Shown piece after piece: positions 63,406 through 64,000 of a DNA stretch of 64,000 nt (position 1 is the first letter of the stretch; each line of letters starts with the position of its first letter). The notes beneath the pieces were generated by a model. That model was not told where the DNA came from. It saw only the letters and a program-made list of their open reading frames with translations, and made no database searches. The position numbers and the translations under genes are program-made. Source of the stretch: Phallusia mammillata (lineage: Eukaryota). The DNA is taken from the NCBI GenBank assembly GCA_965637545.1, contig OZ281495.1, positions 29,078,001 to 29,142,000 of the forward strand, in the 5' to 3' direction.

Positions 63406-63766
63406 TGAATCCCACCACTGGTTTAGCATTTTTTAGAATGTTTCACTACACAGCTCTGCCGCGCCACCTTGTGCAAGTAATTACACAATCCACGGATGCT
63501 GATGTCGGTAGAGCTACTAACACTGGAATTTGGCTGGCGCCCGGTTTGGTAGGTGGCGCAACGGAGCATAGGCGTTTATGGTGCTGGCTCAGCAATCATT
63601 CTTACCATAAGCCCAAACAATTTTTAACCAGGCGCCAGCCAAATTCCAGTGTTAGTAGCTCTACCGACATCAGCATCCGTGGATTGTGTAATTACTTGCA
63701 CAAGGTGGCGCGGCAGAGCTGTGTAGTGAAACATTCTGAAAAATGCTAAACCAGTGGTGGGATTCA
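63406..63766. repeat. Foldback inverted repeat, about 136 bp arms and 89 bp spacer
   Basis: 63406-63541 is the reverse complement of 63631-63766 with about one mismatch. Confidence 0.95.
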
Positions 63767-63931
63767 GCCGGTTCGCACCGGTTCTATAGAAACGTCTCAA
63801 GGAGTTTCATGAGATCAGCGAACCGGTTAGCACTACTGGTAACTGTCAATGGACTTTTTGTAACAGGAGCGGCTGAAAAATATGACTTTTGTGATAAAAC
63901 CGGCCGACAAAAATTTTGAATCCCACCACTG
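63752..63931. mobile_element. hAT-type MITE
   Basis: TIR CAGTGGTGGGATTCA / TGAATCCCACCACTG. Flanking 8-mers TGCTAAAC and TGCTTAAC match at 7 of 8 positions. Confidence 0.8.
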
Positions 63932-64000
63932 TGCTTAACGTAGCATCATAAAACGACAAATAGTGTTTGTTTGTACCGTCTGTTTGCTTTGTTTCGTGGC

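Noticed and set aside
63345-63749. 134-aa ORF
   Set aside because: Lies across the foldback repeat and MITE ends; no coding signature.

Overview
AT-rich eukaryotic DNA with short GT-AG introns, most likely from a compact marine invertebrate genome such as a tunicate (inference only). The window is mostly a mixed tandem array. It holds six spliced genes for atlastin/GBP-family (GB1/RHD3-type) large GTPases: two divergent copies on the minus strand at 1.7-14.7 kb and four canonical copies on the plus strand at 32-56 kb. Between them lie two intact MS4A/CD20-like four-transmembrane genes, an MS4A pseudo-exon and two orphan GTPase exons. The GTPases have an atlastin-type G domain but no atlastin transmembrane hairpin. 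Instead they carry a long coiled coil and different C-terminal tails: CaaX (CIIS) in two copies, a basic amphipathic helix in one, and no recognisable signal in the rest. The minus-strand pair has intact reading frames but altered catalytic motifs, and one of them has a TRADD-N-like N-terminal extension. Other elements are a 3 x 1453 bp repeat abutting a start codon, Penelope-like remnants with hammerhead ribozyme cores, hAT-type MITEs, a 3.3 kb P-superfamily element with TIRs and a 7 bp TSD, and a foldback palindrome. All gene models were spliced by hand. An immune role is an inference, and novelty cannot be confirmed without database searches.
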